Positions 12,901-26,000 of a stretch of DNA of 64,000 bases are shown here, in pieces. Position 1 is the stretch's first letter. The number at the start of each line of letters is the position of its first letter. The stretch covers positions 9,486,001 through 9,550,000 of the forward strand of contig CM102285.1 of the NCBI GenBank assembly GCA_046563655.1, read 5' to 3'. The notes beneath the pieces are model-generated. The model searched no databases and was not told the origin of the DNA. It saw nothing but the letters and a program-made list of their open reading frames with translations. This stretch comes from Yuukianura sp. NJ FZ-2021 (Eukaryota). The position numbers were made by a program, and so were the translations under genes.

Positions 12901-15900
12901 AGTAAAACTACATCGTAAAATTCTTTCAAATTTGAACGTGTCACACAAACTAGCTTTAGATTCAGCATTTCCTAGTTGAAGATGATTTCAATTTTACTTT
13001 GCGTTCTAATTATTTTAAATGTGCATTTTGATAATTACTTTTCCTTTATGAAACCAACATTAAAAGTGAAGATGCAAAACGTTTAGGAATTCCTGATCTA
13101 CTTATTTGTATTTGTATTTGTATTTATTTCACTCCAAGTTCACTTTTTCACTTAAAAGTAAAAAAATCGATTTAATTACTTGAACTCTTGAAAGGTTGTG
13201 AGTGACCTTGAAACTTGTGGTGCATGACCTTTGACTTCGAAAAACCAGCACAAAAATTCTTACGAGGTACAGTTGCTTATTGTTAGAGAAATAAATAATT
13301 ACCAAAGAATGATCAATCATCATTTTTTGTGACCCAGAAAATCGTTGAAGTGAACTTGAAATCAATTAATTGAAAAAATGAGAAGGTGCTAAATGATGAG
13401 GTAGGAACAATGTAAGAGCAGAAATTGAACGTTTAGTGGCACCCATTGTGAAATTGGGATCACTCGACCAGACTACGGTTCGTTTCTTTTGCAAATACTT
13501 GTAAAAGACAGAGTGGAAAAATTGTTCAATTTGCAAAAATTTATAGGGAAAACGTACCCACAGTTCTTCATCTTCATTGCGCATCCATTGTGATAGAGTT
13601 TACGGTCTGAACCACAAGTTGGTTTTGAAATCCGCCAACAAGATTCACCGCAATGTCGTGTGGTCTGACAGAGTTTCAAATTAGTCCGAACTACTCCTTG
13701 TCTGCGGAAATTCAAAGTAGAAAAAAGGAATAAGCAACAAACAATACCAAAAGAAAACAATTCAACGGTTTAGGGTTCGCAAGTGCATCCTCTCAATGCA
13801 TTGTTTTTTGCTTAATTCGATTTCCTCTCGAGAAACAAAGGAAGTGGCACAATTTGCAAAAAGTTAAATGATTTGCAAATAGCAAGCTTAGCATTCTACT
13901 TTCTTGACAAAACTTGTAAAAACTCTCTGAACTTCTTGAAAAAATAGACTGTCTTACCCACAAGTTTTAAATTTCATCCAACATGTTGACTTGTACCTAA
14001 AAGTTTACAAACGGAAATTTGGTTTTTCGAAATTTGTCTTTTGAATTACGACGAGAACTAAAATTTTGAAAAGTTTCTTACACATTTCCATCACTCGCAC
14101 AAATTGGCCCGTCGATTGGAGCATACTTGCATGAAACAGGACAGTTCTCCCTAGATGCAGTTGAATTCATACATGGTCCCATATGCGCTTCGTGAATTCC
14201 TCTCCTGAAACATTAAAACATAACCATCAAATTTTCATAATTTCAAAATAAAATTGAAATTGGCCAATTTTGGATGCACTCAGAATTGACCTTTGACCTT
14301 ACATGCAACTTTCCACTTGGAGAATGCATCTATTTAAGTAGGTGTGTCCATCCGAACCACAGACGCTGTCAAATTCGTTGTTGCATCTATGCTCACACTT
14401 GGAGCCCCTCATCTGACTGCAAGTATCCATACTCACGGCTGTAACGCCTACATCAATTTCAGAATGACATTGAATTCCAAATTGGAAAGGTTAAGGATTT
14501 TTCAAATGTTCGACAAAAACGGAAGAAGTGAATTTGGGTTGATGGGTGAAAGGTCAGGACGTTGGAGTCATTTTGTGTTGAAGTTTTATGATTCATGATG
14601 AAATTTGATCTTCTCGACAGGAGATTTCTCGTTACTGAAAATTAATTGGCCTTCAAACGAGATTCCGCCAAAGGAATAGAAGGTGGGTTACGACCACCCG
14701 AAGGTAGGATTCACGTAAATTAATTGCAGGCAAGTTATTAATTAACTCTTTTTGCAAGAAAAACTCATTTTTTTGCAAGTTCTTTCTAATCCGGCACGTA
14801 CGGAACGACATTTCAACGTTGAATTGAGTTGCTTGACATTACCTGTTCCACATGTTCTTCTCTGCATGTCGCAAATATTTGGATAGATGATGCCTTCATT
14901 TGAACAAACGGGTTCACTGATCTTGGAACACGAACGAGGACAAGGTTGCTGCTGGACAGATCCATCTCCAAGTGCTCTGTGATCACGAACTAGTAGAAAA
15001 AAATGTAAAAGTTGTAAGAAAATTCCAATGAAGAATGACAAGTAATTTCCATAAGACACACTGTTAAGTGAATGTAAAAATTTTGACACTGATAGTAGCC
15101 AAGTCGTGGTTAAAGTTAAGTGATTTTCAGTTGATTGAAATCTACAAGTTTTTTTTTCTAACAAAAATTTCACACGAGTACTCTCAGACATTACATTTGC
15201 TTAAATTGACCTAATTTTGAAATGTACCACTCATGACTTGAATTTTTAATTTCAAAAATTAACACACGTCAATTTTTTCTTCTAAAAAGTCAAACCTACT
15301 CACGCATCAACACAGTTTAAGAGAAAAGTGTTGTGATGTTTGGGTGTTAGTTTTTGATTAAAATTTTTAATGATTTTGAAATGATATTTGAATTTTTTGT
15401 TTTCTTTTTATTACGTTAACTGTGGATTTGTCTTTTGACTAAACTTAAATGTTCTGCTCATGAAAAAGGAAGAAAGCAATTTAGAACCGAAATGATTTAC
15501 TGTCTAGCAGAAGATTGAGGTAGGTTATGGAAGAACACTCGAACAAAACAAACAATTTACTTTTTATTTGCACAAGATGCACAAAATCCAATTACAAAGT
15601 CAACCTTAACTGTAGAAGTGAAGTGCAATTTAAAGTTGGCCAATTTGAGCTAAGGTCCTCCTCCCAAGACCCATTTCCCGTTGAATTGGAAGTGAAATTA
15701 GGTCAGGTTAAGACAAAACTTGAAATTGGAAATTGTTAGGAGATTTTGTGGTGTGCCGAGGATTTTCGCATACAACTTGTCCTTCTTGCTTTTGAAAAAA
15801 GTTAAACGATTAAGTTTTAGGAACCGCGGAGGCTAACGACCTACGAATCCTTGTACACGTTGACAAAGGTTGACAACTATGCCAAGTTGTTTGCCAACGT

Positions 15901-18129
15901 TCCAAACCTAATTACAATTGATCAAAGAGCTCCACGACATGACAAGAGATCAAGTTTCAGAAGATCACATCAACAACATCTTGCGTCCGCATCCAATCTT
16001 AGGATGAGGTCAACTAAAGAGACTAAACCTTGTCAATTTCATGGTCATGGGTTTCTAAGCCTACCTATCAATTTTAACTCTTTTGTGAAAGTCAGTAGCT
16101 TTCTCCTGCTTCTTTATTTACCAATCTGTGTCAAAACTAAAGTCACGAAGAGCGGATATCAAACAATTGGTTTTCCAATTGACATGATTCATCACAATCA
16201 AATTCTAAGACTATAGTAAGTACGATTCCCATTGTTTTAGTTAACCTCTTTGAAAAAGCACTGCGTCACTACGGACTCCCACTTTCGCAATGACACGCCG
16301 CTAATTTTTGCCGTTGGTAATAGGACTGAACAAGCAACTAAATGTTACCCCCCGGATTTGGGTTTTCGTTGTGTGATTAATGTGCAAGCACAAACAAACC
16401 AAAAAAAAATGTGTAAATATTTTTCAAAAACACAGGTACAATTTTGGTCAGCACCTTTTGGACAAAAAGAAAGGTACTAAAAAGTGTTTTGAAAAAGTGA
16501 TTTCCATTAGCGAGGTCAGAGGTCAACAGAGATTAAACAGAAGGATTGGAGGACAACTCATCTTTAAGAGTGTTTTTGGTAATTACAGGTTAAATCCACT
16601 TCCCAATTCCGATCATTTTTTTTTGCAACTATGAATGTACTACTGGAAATGGGAAACTATTTTTTGATGAAGCAAAGGAAGGGTGGATCCTCATCTTTTT
16701 TTTTCATGTGCCAAACAATGTACTTGTTTCCTTTTTTGTTTGGTGGTAGGAAATGATCTTGAGTCATTCCCGCATCTGCCTTTACGCAAAAAGTATTCTT
16801 TTTGGCCAAAAATTTCAAGCTAAGCTCATCCCGAGATGTAATCATCACAAAAAGTTGGCAAAGTTCAGACAAATCACTAAATCCATTTCCGTTTCACGTA
16901 AAAAGCTAAGAAACGGCTCCTTTCCTGAAACTTTAAAAAGAGTGAAAGTACAACTTCATTTTTTCTCTCGTAATTTTATGTTATTTGAACCATAGCAAAT
17001 TAGGACCATTACGCCGTTGTTCAAAATTTTTACACAGGTACACGATTAATGTACAGATCAAACAGATTTCGAAGTTTCTCAACGTATTTTTTGGCAACTT
17101 TTTAGACACTTTTTAGCAAAAATTTGGACTCGCTGAAAAGTAACTTCTACCAACAGTAAAAGGCTTTTCTAAACTAACACAAAAGGAGCATCATTTATCC
17201 ACCACTACCCCGACTACCAATTTATACCGTCAGATTCAAAATCTGCATTTTGAGCTCACGCCGCGTGTAGCACTTAAATTCAATTGTCGTGAGCCAGAAT
17301 TTGCAAAAAACTTCATGTGGAAAATGTTGTAGGGCCAATGGAAACAATAGGGAAGTGAGAAGTGTGTCGGAATTGAGACTGACTTAAGGACTTTACTCCG
17401 CTCATGCATATTTTCATGACAATCTTCCTAAGCTGAGGCTTCTCTTTAATTTGAAGTGATGGGAATGAATGATGGGAAGAATTCAAACACGTTTTGGACG
17501 AACAACAACCAGGTCATCCTGAATTCACCCTTCACCTTTTTAGGACTCACATTAAGTGCTTCAAAAGGACAATTTGTGCAAAATTGGCCAATTTTAAGAA
17601 AGTTTTAATCATTTTCCAAACACATTTCATTAGCAAGTGGACGCGAAAAAGATGCGAATTGTAAAAAAGGAAGGAAATATAGGACAGGATTTGAATTTTT
17701 AAGTTGAAAAACAGGAGAAAGCGGTGGTGGGTCAGTGGACTTAATTCGAATTGCACTTGCGAAAACAAGAACAGTAATTTCTGCACTTGTCGAATTGAAA
17801 TTGAAAACTACTTGATTGATAGTGCGTAGTTCAAATGATTAATACTCACACAAAGTGCCTGCCAATTATTCACACCAATAAAGTTTAAATTCTAACCTCA
17901 ATTTTTCAATGTCAAGTTTTCCTTTTCTAAATTGCACAGATTAAAATTTGAAACAGATACAAGTATAATAAAAAAAGCACTAAAGCGTGTAAGGTGAGAA
18001 GCATGTTTCATTTCATTCAAAGTTGTGACTGTTCAAAAAGGAATGCTTACGGATGGTGAGAATGGAGATCAGCAACAAGAATTCCACTGGCGCAGACGAA
18101 AATTTAAAATTTTTTGATGATTTCGTCAT
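9944..18129 (-). CDS. Secreted multi-Kazal-domain protein (9 Kazal/follistatin-like repeats; arthropod 'agrin-like' type, resembles Drosophila CG32354 from memory)
   Basis: Signal exon 18051-18129 ([26 protein letters not shown]) splices in phase to [28 protein letters not shown]. Successive exons give C-x-C...(P)VCG(S/T)DG/N-x-Y-x-C repeats, e.g. [24 protein letters not shown] and [24 protein letters not shown]. Last exon [22 protein letters not shown], stop 9944-9946. Confidence 0.85.
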
Positions 18130-19446
18130 TTTGGTGCTTTTGCTTACAAGTCTTTAAATCCTTGTTTAATTTTCAGTTTAGTTGAAAATTCCGGAGCACA
18201 TAACTGTCCAAATTGATTAAAAAAATGACAAATCACTCGCCCTAAATTTTTTAGGTTCACTTACTCTGGTTCGAAATTCTTAATCTTCTTGTTTTAAAAA
18301 TTTGAAAACACTATTCAATTGTCTTTGTCTGAACAATGAAAAGCTTGTGTCATTGAGTTCCTTGAAAGATGATACCTGCCAACTCCTTCTGGCTCAAGTC
18401 TGAGACTAAAGTGAAAATTTTTCTTCCGCTTCAAACCATCATCATCATCTTCTTCATCCCATCGACTTTGATGCATCTTCAAATGGTTTAAAAGTTAGGT
18501 GTACTCTGTACATTAGAGTCCATTAGTTACTCCCTTTCCCATGCAAAAAGGGACGCTAAAGTATAAAATTTCCCGAAGCTTTCAAAAATGTAAAAAAAAA
18601 AGTAAATCGAATAAATTCAAGAATTTATTCGAATTCGCATTTTTACATCTTTTCTTTAGCTTTTGAGCTTGTCATAGCTTTACTTTTTTCAAATTGTAAA
18701 TTAATCAGATTCATGCTGATTTACTGATGGTTATCTTTGATTTTCAGATTTTGAAAATTTACAATACAAAGGAATTCAGCAGTTTAAGGCGCAAAATTAT
18801 TACTTTGTTCCCAGGATTTCGATGCGTGTTTCAAAACAAGTTATTATTGTTGATGTGTTTGTATTTCTGCAAACTAAAGAAATCGCTGATTTAATGGCTG
18901 TTCCCAGGATTTGTGAAAACATTTCGACTGAAACTAGAACTGGAACAAGGGATAATGCGAAGTCTTTAAATGTGGGACAAACAATCATGACGAAATGTGT
19001 CACTTGAATTTCTGCTTAAGGACATTCTTCAAAGTGTGAGAACATGCTCAGACCGTATTAAAAATGAAGTGATGATTTGTTTATGATTTTTATGAATATT
19101 TTTATGAATTATTTACCATTCTGAGGAACTGAAATTGATGGAGCATTCTCGAACTGCGTCATATTCTATTATCCAGGAAGAATAAAATGACTGAAACTGA
19201 GCCACTTTGGTCAGTTCAGCAGACAAAGTACTCAAATCAACTCGGACAAGAAATGTGACAATCAATTGCCAAAAGACTTAGACATTTTTAGATTCCAGTT
19301 TTCTAAAGTTTGGTTAAAAAGTCAAATTTAGTCAAAAGCCTAAAGTAGAAAACGTATGTAAAACACCGTAAACTCAGGCTTAAGAGTTTGCGGTAATCTC
19401 TGCTCACGCGTCGTCAAATTCGCGTCGTATTTTTTTCGCAGCAATC

Positions 19447-19452
19447 TCAGTT
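19447..19452 (+). promoter_or_regulatory. Initiator-like element (TCAGTT) upstream of the RelA/SpoT-like gene
   Basis: Matches the arthropod Inr consensus TCAGTY and ends 40 nt before ATG 19493. CGCGTCGT occurs twice just upstream. Confidence 0.45.
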
Positions 19453-19492
19453 CTCAACAAGTACAAATTCAGATTTACAAAAATCTGAAAAA

Positions 19493-20297
19493 ATGAATGT
19501 CCAAGAAAGTTTGGATTCTACCTCAAAAGAAATGGTGAGCAAAATTCCAGACTTTTAGAACAATAAATTGTTTAGAACTGGGGACAAATCCTGCTAATTT
19601 CAATCTTAAAGTCTGAAATTCAGTTTTCCAATTCTTTTAGTCTCTTTTACTGGAAAGGCTGGAATTGCTGGAGAAATTGAGCAACTCTCCAGGCCCAGTG
19701 GCTCCAAGTTCCAAAAAAGTTGCAAAGGAGACTTTGCAGCGGTATACGACGCGCGCAGAGGACCTCGGTTTGAAACAACTCAAAGATCGACTAGAAGATC
19801 TTTGTTTCCAGCTACTCCACCCCGTCGAACGAAATCGAATTATCGAAAAAGTCAGATGCATCTTCGGTCTTCCAGGTCGTGACACCTTGAGACTCATTTT
19901 GGACAACTTGACCAAAACGCTTTTGTCCAATGGCCTTGGTCACTTTGAAATTCTGGGAAGACAGAAAACTCCATTTTCAATTTACCAAAAACTGAAGCGG
20001 AAGTCACTAGAAGTAGAACAACTACGAGATGTCCTTGGTTTCCGAGTAATCGTTTCGTCTATTCCGGAATGCTACATGACCATGTCCATTCTACATGACA
20101 TTTTCCCTATGGAGATCAGTGGATTCAAGGACTACATTATGTTTCCCAAGGATGAAGGGTACCAGTCCCTCCACACGACCATCATTGGTCCTTACCAGAA
20201 ACGAATCGAAGTTCAAGTGAGGACTGTGGACATGGACACTTACACCAAGGCCACTTTGTACAAGGAGTACTGGAAACAAAAGACTTCATTTGTCTAA
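19493..20297 (+). CDS. RelA/SpoT-family (p)ppGpp synthetase, synthetase-domain only (~232 aa), two exons; likely horizontally acquired from bacteria
   Basis: Exon 1 is 19493-19534 (MNVQESLDSTSKEM|GTGAGC). The intron 19535-19640 ends TTCTTTTAG and exon 2 (19641-20297) is in frame. Synthetase motifs: GRQKTPFSIYQKLKRK, LRDVLGFRVIV, FKDYIMFPKDEGYQSLHTT, IEVQVRT. The upstream helices VAKETLQRY..AEDLGL..LKDRLEDLCF match the end of the Rel hydrolase domain. There is no HD motif and no TGS/ACT domain. Confidence 0.9.
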
Positions 20298-23050
20298 AGT
20301 CTGTTTTAGACATTTACACATGTTACTACATGCTCAAATACACCCACGTCCAATATTTTCTAAGCACAGTTTTTGAATTCTGAACAATCGTGTCCATTGA
20401 ATACGTTTTCTAAGAAAATTTTGTTTGAAAATGTTTAGGTTTTTTATAATGAAAAGCCTAGATTCAAAAAGTATTTTTAAAAGTTCTGCGCATTGTGTAC
20501 TTTACAATTTAAATATTTGCAAAACAAGTTTAAGGTAGGATAGTCACGGATCCAGTTCTCAGAAACTAAAAAATGGTCCAATTTCTTAGAAAAAATAAAC
20601 ACAATTTTAACTACAATTTGCAGTATGAAATAACTCCATTCATTAACTATGTTCCTTTACTACGAAACTAAAAAACCGAAGAAGCTCATAAAGTAAATGA
20701 ATGATACTCACACAATGCAGACAAACTCCCACGTCACATTATCCAAAATTACATGATTGTTAGCTTGAAATGCAATTCGTTCGTCTAAAAACTCCGTTGT
20801 TTTCAGAACTACAATTTGAAAACGGCATAACCTTATGAATTGTGAAAATTACAAATTGTGAGAATACGCGGATTCTGAAGCGTGTCACTCCAGAATTCAG
20901 AGGCTACATTGCATGTCATGTCACCTCAAGAATTCTTAAGTTGAGAAGCTTGAGATTACGTGGACTGTTATGTTTCAATTTCCTAAGAAACTTAACCAAA
21001 GCCACCTTGTCTCTGACTTGACCTACAAAGGGTGACCAAGAGAATGCAAAAATTTAAGAGGGATGCATAACGGAATCAAGACTTAAATCTTTAATCCCAA
21101 CAAAAGACAATACATTTTTATGTGATCTGTCTCTTCTCAAAAGGAAACAATAAAAACCTGAATGTAGATCTACCCCCTTCTGCACCTCATCATGGCTCTA
21201 ATCACTTGGAATGTCAAAATGCCTCTTGCCAACTTGAGGTAAAACTGATGAGGGTGGAGGATAAGTTGACCTTTAAGAAACAGTAAAGGTCAAAGGTCAA
21301 TCAATTTACCAGATCTTGGAATTGGCCTCCTTGGTGGAAGAACAGCGGAGAACAGAATCAACGAAGCACCAAAAGCTGTCAGTGAAGTTAGGAATCCCAT
21401 TTGGAAAGCCAACGGAAGCTGAAATTTGAGGAATGTGCTACTAAATTGACAAAACAAATCTAGAAAATCTTTGTAAGATGGAACCACTGTTAACGATTAA
21501 ATTAGAACTGATGACTGATTTCAAATGTGGACTTGCCTGTGCCAAATACTAGTTAAAAATTGAAGTAGTAATTGATCTGAATTGGTGTGCTACAAGGAGG
21601 ACACACCTTAATTGAAAGTGAACTTACGCCACAAGAGCAATTGCTATAAGATTCACGTAACATCGACCATAAATTCATCTTTAACGTTTAATTTTTGCAC
21701 TAGGCAATCCTGGGGGTGTTACAAATAAGGAACATGTCTTCCGCAATTGCCCTAATTAAGGGCTAACGGTATGAAGAAATGTAAGCTTAAGGCGCAAGGG
21801 CGACAACTTTCACTCGCATAACTTTAAGTTGCAATGAAAACAAATTCCAACGCAAGGAAATGGAAGAAAATAAAAGAAAGCAGAAAGACCTGGAGAATTT
21901 TTTTTAACAGCAAATAATTTGATTGGCCGATTAGCAAATAGCAAAGTCTAAAAAAACAGACGCTGGAATTGCTGCAATCCTCGGTTTCTCCTGCGTAACT
22001 CACGCATGTAGGGCGTGGCCTTTCAATTTAGCTTCGTCTTATAACTGGTCTCCGGCTTCGACTAGCAGGACAGCTACGGAGAAGTGATTGGCTGCTTGCT
22101 AGTCTGAATCCCCAATTTTAGTTAGACAAGTACTAAGGTGGTTGATGTAGCGCATCAACTGATACAAAATTTCCGCATTTTTATTGGTTATTTTACTATT
22201 TTCACACAGTCTTATTAATTATTGCATTAAGCATTTGTTTTTATACATTCCTAGCATTTATGTACGTTTATGTTCAGTGAGTGAAAGTTGTCGCCGTTGC
22301 GTTTGCAACTTCTGTTTAGTTACATTTAGTTACATTAGCTTCTTTCGGTTTAGTTTTAGTTTTAGGCTTTTTCTATTGGCTGGCCACGGGGTCGTTTATG
22401 CCTTTCTCAGAGACACACCTCACTTTACCTGAATATTCGGATATGTGGCAAGAGCTGGACAAGAGAATTTAAGATGTCGATGTTTAGTTTCCGCAACATA
22501 GGTTTATTGAAATTGGGTGGCGAAAGGCTGATGAAGGTCACTAGGTCAAAAGGTCAACAACCTGAACGTTTTGGTAGAAAGAGGATGGCGCAAGTTTCCT
22601 CCCCAGTCCCCATTTGTTCATGTTTGCCCCGCCCGACTCTATCAAAGAAAAGCACACATCACGTGGTATCTCATCCCGCGTTGAACGTTTTAAAAACTAT
22701 TCGAATTGAATTGAATTTCATTCATTTGAACCGAGACCGAAATAAGTTTTAAAATTTAATTGGACTCAATTTAACTGAACAGCTGAGAAAGGTATCGTTG
22801 AAATTCCTAACTTTTTGTAGTTTTGTTAATTTGCATTAATTCATGCTTTTTTATAGCGTTGAACATTCTTGGTTTTGATTGTTCTGGACATTGAGTTGAT
22901 GTTTTAATTCTATTTGACCTTTGAGGACTTTACTAGTAACCGTCACCTTAACCGTTGTCGTCTAAATATTCTGCATCCATTACCACCCGAAGTCACTTCG
23001 TCGGTCATCGTCTTGTCAGTCGTCGCCCACCAGAGAGAACATAAGCGATT

Positions 23051-26000
23051 ATGTCAACCAAATTGTATCAAGAGTTGAACTCTTCGACAGCGGAAGACGA
23101 AGCCAACGATTCTGAATTGAAAAATCAGCTGGAATTTGATGAAAAATTTTCGGAAAACGAGGCTTGGATCATTGTTGACAGCTACTTTAAGAAATTCAGC
23201 ATCTCAACTCAACAAATAGAATCTTATAACGACTTTGTGGACAACATGATTCCAAGGATTTTGGACGACGTTCCTGAAATCAAAATTGAAGATCCAGTCA
23301 AGAAGGTAAGTCATTCCAACTCCAGCATTGTTAAGCCTAAAACCAAATTGTCTATTGTAACCTGATGACAACATGTCACCTTATGAAAATCTAATATCGT
23401 TTTTGGTCGTTTTCAGAAGATACATCATTTTGAGTTTACTTCTGAGGGATATGAACTGAGACAGCCCTGTTTTATCGAATGTGACGCAGAGGTATCGGCA
23501 ATCTACCCTAATACTGCACGTCTTCGGAATATATCCTACGCTGGAGACCTGTCAGTTAAAGTCAAATACATGACAACGGTCGAGCGGAAGTTGAAGAAAG
23601 AAGTTACTCCTGGTAGAGCAACCACGAAGAAGAAGAACTTTGTCATAGGGAGAATCCCTATAATGGTCATGTCGAAATACTGTCGACTGGCGAGCTTGGA
23701 TCCTGCATTGCTTCAGAATACTCGAGAGTGTCCAATGGACCCAGGAGGATACTTCATTATCGAAGGCAAAGAAAAGGTAAGCCCTGAATGGTTCCTTGAA
23801 ATGATATGATATACTTGTCCAATATGCTTTCAAGAAATGCAATGCGAACATTTTTGCTGGTAGGTGGTGATCTCACAAGAACGTGCTGCTAACAATACAC
23901 CGTTTGTGTTTCGAAAATACTCGAACTCGAAATCATTACTGGAGTGCGAAATCAGGTCTGCCAAGGAAGACACCTCTGCCTCTGCTAGAGCGTTTTGGGT
24001 GAAACTGTTTCAGCAGAAAAAAAGAATTGACGACAAACGTGGTATTTGGAAAAAGACAAGCGAGATGTTCTGCAAGGAGTTCATAATCAAAGTACATTTT
24101 CCCGGACTTTCGTCAGATGTTCCGCTTCATGTTCTCTACCAAGCAATTGGATTCGATAACCCGAAACTCGTGTACGAATCTATTGTCGAAGTATGCTCCA
24201 ACCATGTCACCAGCCTTGAACAAGCTAGTCTAAGTTGTATTGTGCCAATGTTACTGCCATCACTCCAAGCTTGGAAATCTCTATCCGCAGATGAAGCCAA
24301 AGATGAAATAGGTACTTACCATCATTTCTGCCAGTAGTAATGTGATCTTAAGCTTCGCTGAACTTTTGTTTCGGTTTTTAGGCACTTATTATGTTCGACC
24401 TAAAACAGACTACAGCAGATACAGCGTTGACGAAGAAATGTTCGAGGAGCAGACGAGGCAGGAACGACATAGATTTGTTTCTGATTTGTTGTTACACGGA
24501 TTCTTGCCTCATATTGGAACGGAGGCTTCGGTAGAGTGTTTCAGGAGGAAGGGCTTGTTTTTATCGTACATGGTTTGGAAACTTCTCATGGTGTTCGCTG
24601 GCAAAATCCCACATGATGACAGGGACCACCTTGAAAACAAACGTTATCAGTGTAGCGGACCCTTACTGGCACAAATTTTTCAACAAGGCCTGCACTCCCT
24701 ACGACAAGAAATGGAAAAACTGCTACGAATGCAGATTCGTAAGGGCGAGGATCCGGATATTGGTAGAGCAATGTCGCCTACATTTATCACTAACTACATC
24801 AAGCACTGCCTGGCTTCCGGAACATGGGGAAATATACGTGAGATGCGAAGCAAGAACAGTCGCATTTATTCCAACGTGACGCAGGTAAGTCGTAATTAAA
24901 CCAGTTCACTTTGACATTTTTTTCATTTGATGATTTTTCTAATCTGCAATACTTTCAAAATAGGAGCTGAACAGATACACACGAAATTCTCATTTGTCGT
25001 CTCTCCGTCGATTGAGCAGCGCAGAAGACAAACTTTCACTCATGACAGTTCCACGACAACTCCATTCCACTTACTTTGGATTCATTTGTCCGTTCGAGAC
25101 TCCCGAAGGTGTATCAATTGGGTTGAGCAAGAATATGGCACTTTTGGCCCAAATCACAGTTAGCGTTCCTATTCAAAAAGTAATCGAGTTTACCATATCA
25201 GAAGGTGGAGTGACTCTACTTGAAGATGTGGTAAATAACAAACTTTACAGAACGTGGTAAGCCTCTGAACTTTTTCTTTGGAAATACTGAACGTCGCAGT
25301 TTCATTGAAATGTCAATTTTCTGTTTTAGTGTCACCAAAGTTTTTGTGGATGGGCGATGGATTGGGTCGGTGGAGCATCCAACAGCATTTGTTACAAAGT
25401 TCAAGGCGGCAAGAGTATCTGGCGAGCTGAGCCACTACATCTCTATCTGTTGGGATCGTTCAACCAGGGAGATTTACATTAGAGCAGACGCAGGGAGACT
25501 TTGTCGTCCCTTACTCGTGGTTCGTAATAACTGCCTTGTTCTGCAACCTGAACACGTCAGTAAACTGAAAACAGGGGAGTTAGGGTGAGCGGTTACATAT
25601 TTTCTTTCCTGAGATTTAAGTTAATTTTTTAAGTTAATGTTAACTGAATTACCATAAACTTAATACAATCATTTTTAAGGTGGAGCGATCTTATTCGGCT
25701 GGGATGTGTTGAGATAATCGATGTTCGAGAATCTGAATCCTGTCTGATTGCAATGGATTTACCTACATTGAAGAGTTCAACCGATTCAAATTCAAACCTA
25801 AAGAAATTCACGCATATGGAGATTCATCCAGCACTCATAATGGGGATATGTGCCTCAACCGTTCCGTTCCCAAATCATACCCAGTCGCCTCGGATTGTCT
25901 ATCAGGTTAATTTTTTATATTCTAAGTGATTTGTTTCATTTGATCAAAATCTTTGTTTGAAAAGGCTGGAATCGCAAAGCAAGCAATGGGTATTTACGGA

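Noticed and set aside
19493..20297. Bacterial contamination as the source of the RelA/SpoT ORF
   Set aside because: It has an in-frame spliceosomal intron, a eukaryotic-style first exon and Inr, AT-rich host-like flanks and no neighbouring bacterial genes. Read-level confirmation is still needed.
18051..20710. RelA/SpoT gene nested in an intron of the Kazal gene
   Set aside because: The Kazal signal-peptide exon (18051-18129) and a likely non-coding first exon (~18262-18404) lie before it, so the genes are more simply head-to-head. The lone donor-like site at ~20705 is insufficient.
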